From positions 128,001 to 192,000 of the forward strand of contig CBDFJG010000002.1 in NCBI GenBank assembly GCA_965248445.1: a stretch of 64,000 bases of DNA. The letters run 5' to 3'. Below the pieces are notes generated by a model that saw nothing but the letters and a program-made list of their open reading frames with translations, ran no database searches and had not been told where the DNA came from. Origin of the DNA: Planctomycetota bacterium. GTDB lineage: Bacteria; Planctomycetota; JAJSAM01; JAJVHW01. Both the position numbers and the translations under genes were made by a program. Shown here in pieces: positions 29,701 to 38,632 of this stretch (position 1 is its first letter; every line of letters begins with the position of its first letter).

Positions 29701-30628
29701 CGCCGTCGGTGGTGAGCGTCATGGTGCGCAGTCGGACGCCAGCCCCGACCACGGGTTCGCCGCCCGAGACCACGAGGCCCTCGAGCACGGCTCCGCGACG
29801 TAGGCGCAGCGTGAGTTCCGTATCACGCTTGGAGATGCGGCGCTTCAACCGAACGTGAGCGTCGGCGACGACGCGGACCTCGACCCGCGGCGTGCGGAGG
29901 TTGGCGATCTCGAACGACCCGTCGCTCGCTGTGCGAGTTTGCCCGATCACGGCGAACGTGCCGTCGGACTGGAAGCGCGCCACCGCGAGCTGGCCGAGTG
30001 TGATCATCCGATCGAACAGGCCGTCTTCGCTGAACATGCGGCGCGCCATGGCCTGGCCTTGGTCCATGCGATCCGCGACCTCCGACTGATCGGGACCCGT
30101 CGACGTCACGCTGCCACTCGTCGAGACGGAGACCGTCACGCTTCCCGCCGGCTCGGCCGGCTCGGCTTCCTCGATCGTCTCCTCGTCTTCCGCGTCGGAG
30201 CCGCCGCGACCAAACATGCCGCCTGTGCGCGCTTCACGCTCCATGTACTCGAAGTCCTCGTCGGTGAACCGGTCGCCCAGTTCATTCCGCAGCATGCGCA
30301 CGCCGTCGGAGACGTCGTCGTCCGGGGTCACCGCGTAGACCACGACGTTCGCACCGCCTACGGGTCCCCGGTCGTCGAGGACCTTGCCCGTCAGCGTCCA
30401 GCCGGCGGCCGCGCCGACCCGGTCGGCGTCGTCGGGCGTGACGCGTTCACGCCGCGTTTCCTCTTCGCCGTCGTCGGCGGAATCGTCGACAGGAGTATCG
30501 CCGGAGGCCGCTGCCGACTCCCCCGTCCGCGATTCCGTGTCGCCGCCAGATCCGATCACGAACCACGCGGCGACCGCGCAGATCACGACCAGACCCAGAA
30601 TCAGAAGTGCGACAAGTGCTCGCTTCAT
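26750..30628 (-). CDS. Membrane-anchored carboxypeptidase-regulatory-like domain repeat protein (1292 aa)
   Basis: N-terminal TM helix, acidic linker, and the same beta-sandwich repeat pattern as 18527-22399. Confidence 0.85.
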   Translation of the reverse strand: MKRALVALLILGLVVICAVAAWFVIGSGGDTESRTGESAAASGDTPVDDSADDGEEETRRERVTPDDADRVGAAAGWTLTGKVLDDRGPVGGANVVVYAVTPDDDVSDGVRMLRNELGDRFTDEDFEYMEREARTGGMFGRGGSDAEDEETIEEAEPAEPAGSVTVSVSTSGSVTSTGPDQSEVADRMDQGQAMARRMFSEDGLFDRMITLGQLAVARFQSDGTFAVIGQTRTASDGSFEIANLRTPRVEVRVVADAHVRLKRRISKRDTELTLRLRRGAVLEGLVVSGGEPVVGAGVRLRTMTLTTDGGGVFRTDAASSPRESVLVTADGYTAASRIVRLSPDDAASPITIELQAAGEIRGIVVDADGGPVAGASVVPVSKTINPMMFMRMAQQDAFDAPPPSDRTGADGSFLISGLAPGMIHLLAQGDGWLPARAEDIEVRAHETTVDVRIVVERESVLTGRVTSADGGPLAGATVEVEAPQPSGWAAMAVQAMGGAWSSSVTDADGGYRVRRLNAGARRVRVSSEGYLRTEDTVTFPGGEESQKDFELAPGYTISGTVYTPAGLPQADAVVRVSWPEDSGGNPWAAMMGGGGAGRSFTTDADGRYTADGLDEGPYSVTARMQGFLPASAEDIAQGSGSVDLTLGAAATLSGVVFDEAGNTVARATVMLEGGPSGGSNPWAAMMGNSTSTLADDAGRFELNGIAPGKYRLRGRADGHADSEALNVEAEAGVEASDLELVLLPSATVTGRVVERGTSSGVEGALVYVSRAEGPMAGFNASDNLGGEPQAPPDSVSTTTDSEGAFVLDGLNPGQVTLQVRSRDYAPESIPAVPAPSEVTVEVSAGGEVVGVVLDSDGNPEVGAQIMLSGGSMGFGLQRSATTDTAGEFAFERRRAGNYNLMRIGTESGAFGMQGMVPVTVRDGETTRHDFRPRKDTTTVTGSVIRGGEPLQDAMVILSGGDMGMQMSTADANGELEFENVAPGSYTVMVQRGMMGGSTSEKVTVPAGGGVVPPVRIEISALTITGRVLDAATDAPIAMAQVVLLDPNASSLNSMEDLMSAQRGQAFTGEDGRFTIDGVDPGSWTLRVSAGEHVDGTIPGVASGTENVTVRLESGAELLVTVQTPDGSPAVGASVIVDDGSGQESMPFRLNMQGIAGEDGVATLRLAPGRHTLVAETATHPATSLQVDGQAGTATIRLSPGGTLEVTVLRDGEPVEGVQVSVRDATGKPLEKRLTMSNFAGNSSVTGAFGRMQRAGLPLGDVIVVVTDPEGGTERETSTIAAEGVARVTVDLD

Positions 30629-30737
30629 GACCGTCCCTCCGGAGACACGCTGCGCCCCCCGTTCCCACGAGGGCCCCTACAAAGTGAAACGTACCGCGCC
30701 AAGGTGGGAAACCGGCCGATCCGGAGGGCGGTTCCCG

Positions 30738-30830
30738 GACACCGGGTCTAAGAACTCAACTTCCGAGCGCGGACCGATTCCGTCGGGCGCGAGCGTTGGC
30801 CTCGCAAGTTGAGTTCTTAGACTCGGTGTC
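30738..30830. repeat. 30-bp inverted repeat element (MITE/REP-like)
   Basis: GACACCGGGTCTAAGAACTCAACTTCCGAG (30738-30767) versus CTCGCAAGTTGAGTTCTTAGACTCGGTGTC (30801-30830): 28/30 complementary, 33-nt spacer. Confidence 0.8.
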
Positions 30831-33800
30831 AGACGGAGAAGTAGCGGGCGTCGGGGTGGTGGAAGACCAGCGCCGACACGCTCGCCTCGGGCTCCATCAT
30901 GTGACCGTCCGTCAGGCTCACCCCGATCCTCCCGGCATCCAAGATGCGGAACAGGTCGTCCTGCATCTCGAGATCGGGGCACGCCGGGTAGCCGAACGAG
31001 TACCGCTTGCCGTGATAGCGGGCCTGGAACCGCTCGAGCATGGTCATGCCGTCCGGGTCCGGGAAACCCCAGGCCGTGCGCAGCCGCGCGTGCAGCCGCT
31101 CTGCTGCCGCCTCCGCGCTCTCGATCGCGAGTGCGGAGAGCGCGTGACACCGCACGTACTCGCCCCTCTGCTTGAACTCTTCGGCGCGCGCGGCAATGCC
31201 CTCTCCGGCCGTGGTCACGAACACGGCGACGTGATCGTGCGCGCCATCCCGTGGCGGCAACACGTAGTCCGCCAGACACAGTCCATCGGGCTTGGCCTGC
31301 CGCGGTAGATCGAACTCCGCAACGGTCCCGCCGTCCGGCCCGGCGAGGATCAGACGATTGCCGTCCGACGCGGCGCGGAAGAACCGGCAGATCGTGCGCA
31401 CATGCAGCCCGTCGTCCCGCGCGATCGCCTGCACGTCGGCGATGGCCGCCTCGACCTTGCGCGCCTGCGGGTCGTCGGTCCCGAGCTTGCGGCGCACACC
31501 CTTGAGACCCATGTGCCGGCCGTAGAGCATCGCCGGATTGATCCACTCGAACAGTTCGTCGAGATCGGCGATCTCCTCGACGTGCTCGTCGAAATCGGGA
31601 GGCGACGGAATCTCGATGTCGAGTGAGACGTGACTGCTGCGCGTGGTGGACACGAACACCGCTTGCGGCGGACGCTCCGCAGGAGCGGTTCGCGCGTCCC
31701 TCTCCGTCGCAATCTCCATCAGCGACTTCCGCTCGGCGGGCTTGACGACTCGCTCCATCAACGACAGTCCCTTCATCGCATCCGCGGCATACAGGACGAG
31801 ATTGTCGCCGTACGCCGGCCGGATGCGCCCCACTGTGTAGTTGCGCGACAACGCGGCGCCGCCCACCAGGATCGGGATGTCGATCCCCGCGTCGTGCAGG
31901 TCCTCCGCCGTCGCCACCATCTGCTGTGCCGACTTCACGAGCAGTCCCGAGAGACCGATGGCATCCGGGTTGTGCTCACGCACCGCACTGACGAGCGTGG
32001 CGGGCGGCACCTTGATGCCCAGGTTCACGACCTTGAACCCGTTGTTCGAGAGGATGATGTCGACCAGGTTCTTGCCGATGTCGTGTACGTCGCCCTTGAC
32101 CGTCGCCAGCAACAACGTGCCCTTGGAGGCCGCGTCCTCTTTCTCCATGTGCGGTTCGAGGTGCGCGACCGCGGCCTTCATCACCTCGGCGCTCTGCAGC
32201 ACCTCGGCCACGATCAGTTCATTCGCGGCGAACAGGCGCCCCACCTCGTCCATCCCCGTCATCAGCGGGCCGTTGATGATCTCGAGCGGCCGCACCTCGC
32301 CGAGCTTCGTGTCGAGATCTTCGAGCAATCCCTCCTTCGTCCCCTCGACCACGTTGCGCGCGAGGCGCTCGTCGAGCGGAAGTGCGGCGCGCGCGTCGCC
32401 GGTCGTCTTGACGCTGCGCCCCTTGAAGTGCGCGGCGAACTCCGCTACCGGGTCGTCGCCGCGGTTCCAGAGCAGGTCCTCGGAGAGTTCGCGCTCTTCG
32501 TCGGGAATGCTGGCGTAGCGCTCCAGCCTCTCGCTGTTCACGATGGCCATGTCCAGGCCGGCCTTCGTGCAGTGGTAGAGGAACACGGCGTTCAGCACTT
32601 CGCGGCCGGCCGCCGGAAGGCCGAAGCTGACGTTCGAGATGCCCAGCACGGTCTTGCAGGCCGGGAACGCCTCGCGGATCAGCCGCACCCCCTCGATGGT
32701 CTCGACGGCGCTGCCGACGTACTCCGCAACGCCCGTCGCACACGGGAACACGAGCGGATCGAAGACGATGTCCTCCGCCCGCACGCCGTACTTGCCGGTC
32801 AGCAGATCGTGCGAGCGGCGCGCGATCTCGAGCTTCCGCTCGCGCGTCACCCCCATCCCCTGCTGCGGGTCCTCGTCGATGCAGCCGACGACGAGACCCG
32901 CGCCGAAGCGCGTGGCCAGCGGAACGACAGCCTCGAAGCGCTCCTCGCCGTCCTCCAGGTTGATCGAGTTGATCAGCGCCTTGCCCTGGCACCACATCAA
33001 CGACCGCTCGATCACCACGGCGTCCGTCGAGTCGATCACGAACGGCGCCTTCACCTTGTTCACCAGGAACGAGAGGAAGCGCTCGGTGTCCTCCAACTCC
33101 TCGCGGTCCGGATTGGCGAGGCAGATGTCCACCATCTGCGCGCCGCTCTTGACCTGGGCGCGGCCGACCTCCGACGCTTCCTCGAACCGGTCCTCCACGA
33201 TCAGACGCTTGAACTTGCGGCTGCCGATGACGTTGGTCCGCTCGCCAATGATGAGCGGCCGGTTGTCGCCCGAGACCTCCAGGAAGTCGATTCCGGAGAA
33301 GAGCGTCTTCGAGTGCTGTGGCGGACGGCGGGGCGCGAGTCCGGAGACCGCCTCGCAGAGCGCCGTGATGTGCGCCGGAGTCGTGCCGCAGCAACCGCCG
33401 ACGACGTTCAGCCAGCCGTGTTCCGCGAACCGGCGGACAGCGCCCGCGAGTTCGTCAGGTCCGAGCAGGTAAATGCCGTCTTCGTTAGGAAGCCCCGCGT
33501 TGGGAATGCACGACACGCGGCTCGTCGCGAGCGCACTGAGCGAGCGCACGTGGTCCGTCATGAACTCCGGCCCCGTCGCGCAGTTGAGGCCGACGGAGAA
33601 CGGCTCGGCGTGCGCGACGGACGTCCAGAACGCCTCGACGCCCTGGCCGGCGAGCATCGTGCCGGTCGGTTCGATCGTGCACGACAGCATCACCGGCACA
33701 CGGCCGCCCACCACCGCGAACGCCTCGTCGATCCCGAGGAGCGCCGCCTTGACGTTGCGCGTGTCCTGACTGGTCTCGACGATCAGGAAGTCCGATCCGC

Positions 33801-34296
33801 CACGCAGGAGAGCGCGCGCCTGCTGGCCGAAGTTCTCCCTCAACTCGTCGAACGTGACTCCGCCGGTCACGCTGATCGCCTTGGTGGTCGGCCCGATCGA
33901 CCCGGCGACGAAGCGCGGGCGCCCGGGCTCGTCAAAGGTCGCCGCCGTCTCCCTCGCGATCCGCGCGGCCGACTCGTTCAGCACGTCGGCCTGCTCGTGC
34001 AAGTCGTACTCTGCGAGCACGAGCGGCGTGCCGCCGAACGTATCGGTCTCGACGACGTCGGCACCGGCGGCGAGGTATCCCGCGTGCACGTCGCGCACGA
34101 CGTCGGGGCGCGTCGCGACGAGGTTCTCGTTGCAGCCCTCGAGGTCGGCGCCGCCGAAGTCCTCCGGACCGAGGTCGCGTTCCTGGAGCGCGGTGCCCAT
34201 CGCGCCGTCGAACACGAGGATCCGCTCGGACGTGGCTACGTGCAACGCCTCCGCACGTTGCGCGTCGAGCCACGGCAGTTCACGAGAGACGCTCAT
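30829..34296 (-). CDS. metH: Cobalamin-dependent methionine synthase
   Basis: DGAMGT, GLNC, PNAGLP, GGCCGTTP, IGERTN, B12-binding ATVKGDVHDIGKN, SGLL, and RYSFGYPACPD. Confidence 0.98.
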   Translation of the reverse strand: MSVSRELPWLDAQRAEALHVATSERILVFDGAMGTALQERDLGPEDFGGADLEGCNENLVATRPDVVRDVHAGYLAAGADVVETDTFGGTPLVLAEYDLHEQADVLNESAARIARETAATFDEPGRPRFVAGSIGPTTKAISVTGGVTFDELRENFGQQARALLRGGSDFLIVETSQDTRNVKAALLGIDEAFAVVGGRVPVMLSCTIEPTGTMLAGQGVEAFWTSVAHAEPFSVGLNCATGPEFMTDHVRSLSALATSRVSCIPNAGLPNEDGIYLLGPDELAGAVRRFAEHGWLNVVGGCCGTTPAHITALCEAVSGLAPRRPPQHSKTLFSGIDFLEVSGDNRPLIIGERTNVIGSRKFKRLIVEDRFEEASEVGRAQVKSGAQMVDICLANPDREELEDTERFLSFLVNKVKAPFVIDSTDAVVIERSLMWCQGKALINSINLEDGEERFEAVVPLATRFGAGLVVGCIDEDPQQGMGVTRERKLEIARRSHDLLTGKYGVRAEDIVFDPLVFPCATGVAEYVGSAVETIEGVRLIREAFPACKTVLGISNVSFGLPAAGREVLNAVFLYHCTKAGLDMAIVNSERLERYASIPDEERELSEDLLWNRGDDPVAEFAAHFKGRSVKTTGDARAALPLDERLARNVVEGTKEGLLEDLDTKLGEVRPLEIINGPLMTGMDEVGRLFAANELIVAEVLQSAEVMKAAVAHLEPHMEKEDAASKGTLLLATVKGDVHDIGKNLVDIILSNNGFKVVNLGIKVPPATLVSAVREHNPDAIGLSGLLVKSAQQMVATAEDLHDAGIDIPILVGGAALSRNYTVGRIRPAYGDNLVLYAADAMKGLSLMERVVKPAERKSLMEIATERDARTAPAERPPQAVFVSTTRSSHVSLDIEIPSPPDFDEHVEEIADLDELFEWINPAMLYGRHMGLKGVRRKLGTDDPQARKVEAAIADVQAIARDDGLHVRTICRFFRAASDGNRLILAGPDGGTVAEFDLPRQAKPDGLCLADYVLPPRDGAHDHVAVFVTTAGEGIAARAEEFKQRGEYVRCHALSALAIESAEAAAERLHARLRTAWGFPDPDGMTMLERFQARYHGKRYSFGYPACPDLEMQDDLFRILDAGRIGVSLTDGHMMEPEASVSALVFHHPDARYFSV

Positions 34297-35204
34297 GGTG
34301 CTCTCCTCTCACCGCTCGCGAGGACGGGCCGGAAGGGCTCGTCCGAGCGACCGGGAAGCCTCTCGGCGCGGATGCGCGTCAGGCCGGCATTCTTCATCAG
34401 TGCGCGCAACCGCGCCGGTGCGAACCCGCGCGAGCGGTGGCCCAGCCGGTCGCCGACCCACTCCTCGTCGTGCGGCAACAGGTCGATCACGACGACCCGC
34501 CCGCCGCGCGTGACGACACGCGCCGCCTCGGCGAGTGCCTCGTCCGGCGCGTCCGCGAAGTGCAGCGACTGCGACAGCACCGCCAGATCGAAGTCGCCGT
34601 CCGCGAACGGCAGGTCCTGCATGTCGCCCTTCTTGAAGGAGACGTGCCGGAGCCGTGCCCTCTTCGCGCGTGCGCGAGCCTTGCGCAGATGGTCCGCGCG
34701 CTTGTCGACGCCGGTCACGTGCCCGGCGAAGCGCGCGAGTTCCAGCGACAGACCGCCATCGCCGCAGCCTATGTCCACGACACGCGGCGATCCGGGGATC
34801 AGAAGAGTCAGCGCCCGCGCCCACGCCGCCCAGGAGCGACCGGGCACGTAGTCCTTCCGCGCGGAGCCACCGCCCATGCGTCGTTCGTCGCGTGCACGCA
34901 GGACGTCATCCAGCCGCGCCAGATCCCCCTGGTCGTCCGGTGCGCCGTCGACCAGGCCGGCAATCGCGTCCCACACGACGCCGGCATCTCGCGCGGCGGA
35001 GAAGTACGCGTACCGTCCCTGCCGCCGGACCCGGACGAGCCCGCCCTCGCGCAGCAGTGCGAGGTGCCGGGACACGGCCGATTGCGCGATGCCCAGCACC
35101 GAGGTCAACTCGCCGGCGTTCAACTCCTGGCGCACGAGCACGCGCAAGGCGCGCAGGCGCGTCTCGTCGGCGAGCAGGCGGAGGGATGCGTGCAGCGCTT
35201 TCAT
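34293..35204 (-). CDS. ArsR-family regulator fused to a SAM-dependent methyltransferase domain (SahR-like)
   Basis: ArsR HTH (LADETRLR...QSAVSRHLALLREGGLV) plus DIGCGDG, GDMQDLPF, SLH; ATGA-coupled to metH. Confidence 0.9.
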   Translation of the reverse strand: MKALHASLRLLADETRLRALRVLVRQELNAGELTSVLGIAQSAVSRHLALLREGGLVRVRRQGRYAYFSAARDAGVVWDAIAGLVDGAPDDQGDLARLDDVLRARDERRMGGGSARKDYVPGRSWAAWARALTLLIPGSPRVVDIGCGDGGLSLELARFAGHVTGVDKRADHLRKARARAKRARLRHVSFKKGDMQDLPFADGDFDLAVLSQSLHFADAPDEALAEAARVVTRGGRVVVIDLLPHDEEWVGDRLGHRSRGFAPARLRALMKNAGLTRIRAERLPGRSDEPFRPVLASGERRAP

Positions 35205-35232
35205 ATCGTGACTTCCAGAACTAACGATATGA
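35201..35232. promoter_or_regulatory. Palindromic operator candidate over the regulator start codon
   Basis: TCATATCGT-N14-ACGATATGA perfect 9-bp inverted repeat in an AT-rich patch. Confidence 0.55.
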
Positions 35233-35272
35233 TATGCGCCCCTGGGCGGACCCGTCGAGGATCCGCCGGGCC

Positions 35273-37825
35273 TCAGCGGCGGCGGCGCTGAGGCCGCTTC
35301 TCCGGCTCGGCCGTGAGCGGGTCCTCCGGCCACGCGTGGCGCGGGTAGCGGCGGCGCAGTTCCCGACGCACGACGGCGTACGTGCTGGCCCAGAACGAGG
35401 CCAGGTCGTCGGTGACCTGCTGGGGCCTCTGATTGGGCGCCAGTAGGTGCAGCAGCACCTTGACCCGACCCCGCGCCACGCGCGGGGTCTCCGCGAGGCC
35501 GAAGACCTCCTGGATACGGACGGGCAGCACGGGCGGGCGTCCCGCCTCGTAGCGCAACGCGATCCGGCTGCCGCTCGGCACCTCGATGCGTTCGGGCGCG
35601 TCCCGATCGAGAGCGGCCCGCTGCGTGTGCGTGAGTCGCCAGCGCAGCATCTCGGAGACCCCGAGCAGCCGCAGCTCCGCGAACGATCGCTTGCCCGCGC
35701 ACAACTCCGGCAACCGATCACGGATCGAGTCGTCGTCCAGCACCGGCAGTTCCAGCTCGGGCACGTGCTCGCGCAGGAACGCCACCCGCGCGCGGAGCGA
35801 CGCGACTCCGTCTGCGTCCAGGTCGAGCGCCCTGGCGAGGTCCGTGGCCGCCGCACCGGCGAGAAGCGCCGCCGTTCGCTCGTCTCGCGGCGCCTCGGCG
35901 GGAGACTCCTCGAGCACGAGTTCGTCGAACCGCACGCGACGTATCGCAACCACCCGCTGTGCGGTCGCGTCGAACGAGACATCGACGCTCTCGACGACAC
36001 GATCGCCGGGAAGCCACTCCCGGTCCACGGCCGATGCGATGCGCACGAGCCCCTCCGGTCCCGACCCCGCGTCGACGTCGATGCAGACGAACAGCTCTGC
36101 CTCGCTCACCGCACTCTCGACCGCGAGCTTCACGCCCTTGCCGGCCACGAGCACCGCGCGCCGGTCGCCGGGCGCACGACGGCGGGCCAGCCGGTCGGGA
36201 TAGCCCATCCAGATCTGCTTCCGAATCCACCGGTCTGGGTCCGGGTCGCCCACCCGCCACACCGGCCCCTCGTTCGGCGACGGACCGAGTGAGGACGCGA
36301 CCGTCTCCGCCAGTTCTCCGGAGATGCGCTGGACCCAGCGCGCCGCACCGAGATCGAGACGGCCCTCAACTCCTTCCCGGACCCGCGGGTCGTATTGGTG
36401 CCGCGTGATCAGGCCCATCCGATCGAGCACGTCGGATTCGCTGACGTGACCGGCCGGACGCGGACGGCCGCGACGCATGATAGGATCTCGTTCGCTCAGC
36501 ACGGCCGCTGCGAACGCCGCGCGGGGAACGGTCCCGAAACGATGCGCCTCGACCAACACGCGTGCGATGCGCGGGTGGACCGGCAAGCGCGCCATCGCGC
36601 TCCCGACGTCTGTGATGCGTCCGCCGTCGGTGGCGCCCAGTCGTTCCAGCAGGTCCAGCGCCACGGCGAGCCGCGCCGGATCGGGTGCCTCGAACCACGG
36701 GAACGACGACAGATCTGTCTCGCCCCACGCGAGCAGTTCGAGAGCAGCCGGCGAGACATCCACGCGGCGCACTTCGGGTTCCAGCCGCGCCGGGAATGCG
36801 TTCTCGCCCGGCGCTGTCCACAGGCGGTAGCAGACGCCCGGTGCGGTGCGGCCGGCGCGCCCGGTGCGCTGCTGGATCGACGACTTGGCGATCCGCACGC
36901 GCGACAGGCGGTCCATCCCGACCGCCGGGTCGTGACGCATCACCCGGGCCCAGCCCGAATCCACCACCGCCGTGACGCCCTCCACCGTCACGGACGTCTC
37001 GGCAACGTTCGTCGCGAGCACCACGCGGCGCGCGTCGCCACGCCGAAGCGCGCGGTCCTGGCGCTTGGGCGGCAGGCTGCCGTAGAGCTCGTGGATCTCG
37101 AGGCCGTGGTGCGCAGCGACGTCCGCGAGCAGGCCGCCCGTGCTGCGAATCTCGCCGACGCCGGGCAGGAACGCGAGCACGTCCCCGTCGGTCTCGGTCA
37201 GCGCTCGCTTGACGCCGGCCGCGACGAGTTCGTGGACGCGGCGATCGTCGGAGCGCTCGAGATGCCGCACCTCGACGGGGTGCAGGAACCCCTCGCTCTC
37301 GACGACGGATGCGTCGAGGTAAGCGGCGATTGGGGCCGTGTCGAGCGTCGCCGACATGACCACGACACGCAGGCCCGGCCGCGCGTCCTCGCGCAGGCGC
37401 TGCACCATGGCCAGGCCGAGATCCGAGACGAGGCTGCGCTCGTGGAACTCGTCGAAGATCACGACGCCGACGCCGGAGAGAAACGGGTCCGCCTGCAACA
37501 TCCGCAGGAGCGTCGCCTCCGTCACGACGAGCACACGCGTCGCCGCGCCCGCGCGGCGATCGAGCCGCACGCTGTAGCCGATCTCGCCGCCCACCGAGCT
37601 GCCGCGCTCGTCGGCCATGCGGCGGGCGGCCGCACGCGCCGCGACGCGGCGCGGTTCGAGCACGACGACCTGTCCGTCGCCCGCCAGTCCGGCGTCCAGC
37701 AGGGCGGGCGGCACACGCGTCGTCTTGCCGGCGCCGGTCGGCGCGCGCAGGACCAGCGCGCCGGTTCGGCGCAACACCGCCACGATCTCGGGCAGCACCC
37801 GGTCGACCGGGAGCGGTGCGGTCAC
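35273..37825 (-). CDS. hrpB: ATP-dependent RNA helicase HrpB
   Basis: APTGAGKTT, EPRRVAAR, DEFHERS, MSAT, ATNVAETS, QRTGRAGR, and C-terminal EVPSGS...DLASFW...YPRHAWP. Confidence 0.97.
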   Translation of the reverse strand: MTAPLPVDRVLPEIVAVLRRTGALVLRAPTGAGKTTRVPPALLDAGLAGDGQVVVLEPRRVAARAAARRMADERGSSVGGEIGYSVRLDRRAGAATRVLVVTEATLLRMLQADPFLSGVGVVIFDEFHERSLVSDLGLAMVQRLREDARPGLRVVVMSATLDTAPIAAYLDASVVESEGFLHPVEVRHLERSDDRRVHELVAAGVKRALTETDGDVLAFLPGVGEIRSTGGLLADVAAHHGLEIHELYGSLPPKRQDRALRRGDARRVVLATNVAETSVTVEGVTAVVDSGWARVMRHDPAVGMDRLSRVRIAKSSIQQRTGRAGRTAPGVCYRLWTAPGENAFPARLEPEVRRVDVSPAALELLAWGETDLSSFPWFEAPDPARLAVALDLLERLGATDGGRITDVGSAMARLPVHPRIARVLVEAHRFGTVPRAAFAAAVLSERDPIMRRGRPRPAGHVSESDVLDRMGLITRHQYDPRVREGVEGRLDLGAARWVQRISGELAETVASSLGPSPNEGPVWRVGDPDPDRWIRKQIWMGYPDRLARRRAPGDRRAVLVAGKGVKLAVESAVSEAELFVCIDVDAGSGPEGLVRIASAVDREWLPGDRVVESVDVSFDATAQRVVAIRRVRFDELVLEESPAEAPRDERTAALLAGAAATDLARALDLDADGVASLRARVAFLREHVPELELPVLDDDSIRDRLPELCAGKRSFAELRLLGVSEMLRWRLTHTQRAALDRDAPERIEVPSGSRIALRYEAGRPPVLPVRIQEVFGLAETPRVARGRVKVLLHLLAPNQRPQQVTDDLASFWASTYAVVRRELRRRYPRHAWPEDPLTAEPEKRPQRRRR

Positions 37826-38508
37826 CCCTGACTCTTGCGGCGGCGGCGTTCGCGAGGACACCCCAAGAGCAGACGGTTCTTCGGTGTGATGTCGCCGGGG
37901 ATGGTCTGCGTCCAGACGTCGTAGTCCTTCTCGCGCAGGCGCAGCGCGCGGGCCGCGTCGATCGCGAGGTCGAGGTCCATCCAGCCATCCAGTCCGCCCG
38001 CGTCGAGGTGACTGTGGTCGCTACAACACGGCAGCACCGCGACGTCGGCACGCACCTCGGCCGCGCGATCGAGCACGAGATCCGTGAGCCTGCCGCACGC
38101 GTGCGCCGACACGACCAGGTCGTCCGCGGTCAACGGGAACGACTGGAGTGGGCGCGCCACCCGTCGCACGCGATCCGCCAGCGTGGGCCAGGTCGTCGCC
38201 ATCGCCGCCGCGACCCGCTCGGCCGACGGCGGCAGCTTGTTGTCGACCGCGACGACGTCCTGCACATCGCCATAGAGCAACGCCATGATCTGCGCGACAA
38301 GTCCGTGCCCGCATGCCAGATCGACGATGCGCGTGCCGTGGAGGCGCCTGCGCACCCGCCGCGCGACCTCCCACGACTCGTGGAGCTCCTTTCGCGGCAG
38401 ACACTCCGCCTGGCAGACCGCCCGACCGATGCGGTCGAACATGCCGTCGCCCAGATAGTGGCGCGCCGCTCCGTGAAGCAGCTTCTTCTTGGAAGACCTG
38501 TCGCGCAT
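37822..38508 (-). CDS. SAM-dependent methyltransferase (Methyltransf_32-like)
   Basis: KELHE, IVDLACGHG, VSAHACGRLTD, LPCC, ITPKNRLL; GTGA-coupled to hrpB. Confidence 0.85.
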   Translation of the reverse strand: MRDRSSKKKLLHGAARHYLGDGMFDRIGRAVCQAECLPRKELHESWEVARRVRRRLHGTRIVDLACGHGLVAQIMALLYGDVQDVVAVDNKLPPSAERVAAAMATTWPTLADRVRRVARPLQSFPLTADDLVVSAHACGRLTDLVLDRAAEVRADVAVLPCCSDHSHLDAGGLDGWMDLDLAIDAARALRLREKDYDVWTQTIPGDITPKNRLLLGCPRERRRRKSQG

Positions 38509-38632
38509 CGCGCCCGATCCTGTGACGTTGCACACGCGGACGCACGGATTCCCACACGCCCGGACCCCGGCTCGAGGCAGGGGGGCATAGAATCGGTAGG
38601 TTCGTGGGTTCTGGGACTTGTCAGGAGTAGCC

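Noticed and set aside
31630..34851. Very long antisense ORFs (e.g. 31630-34851, 18509-20791, 40802-43138, 56077-57885)
   Set aside because: Shadow frames of high-GC genes; no motifs, and they lie opposite well-supported CDSs.
38521..38536. CRP/FNR-like site TGTGACGTTGCACA
   Set aside because: Spacing and right half-site do not fit TGTGA-N6-TCACA.
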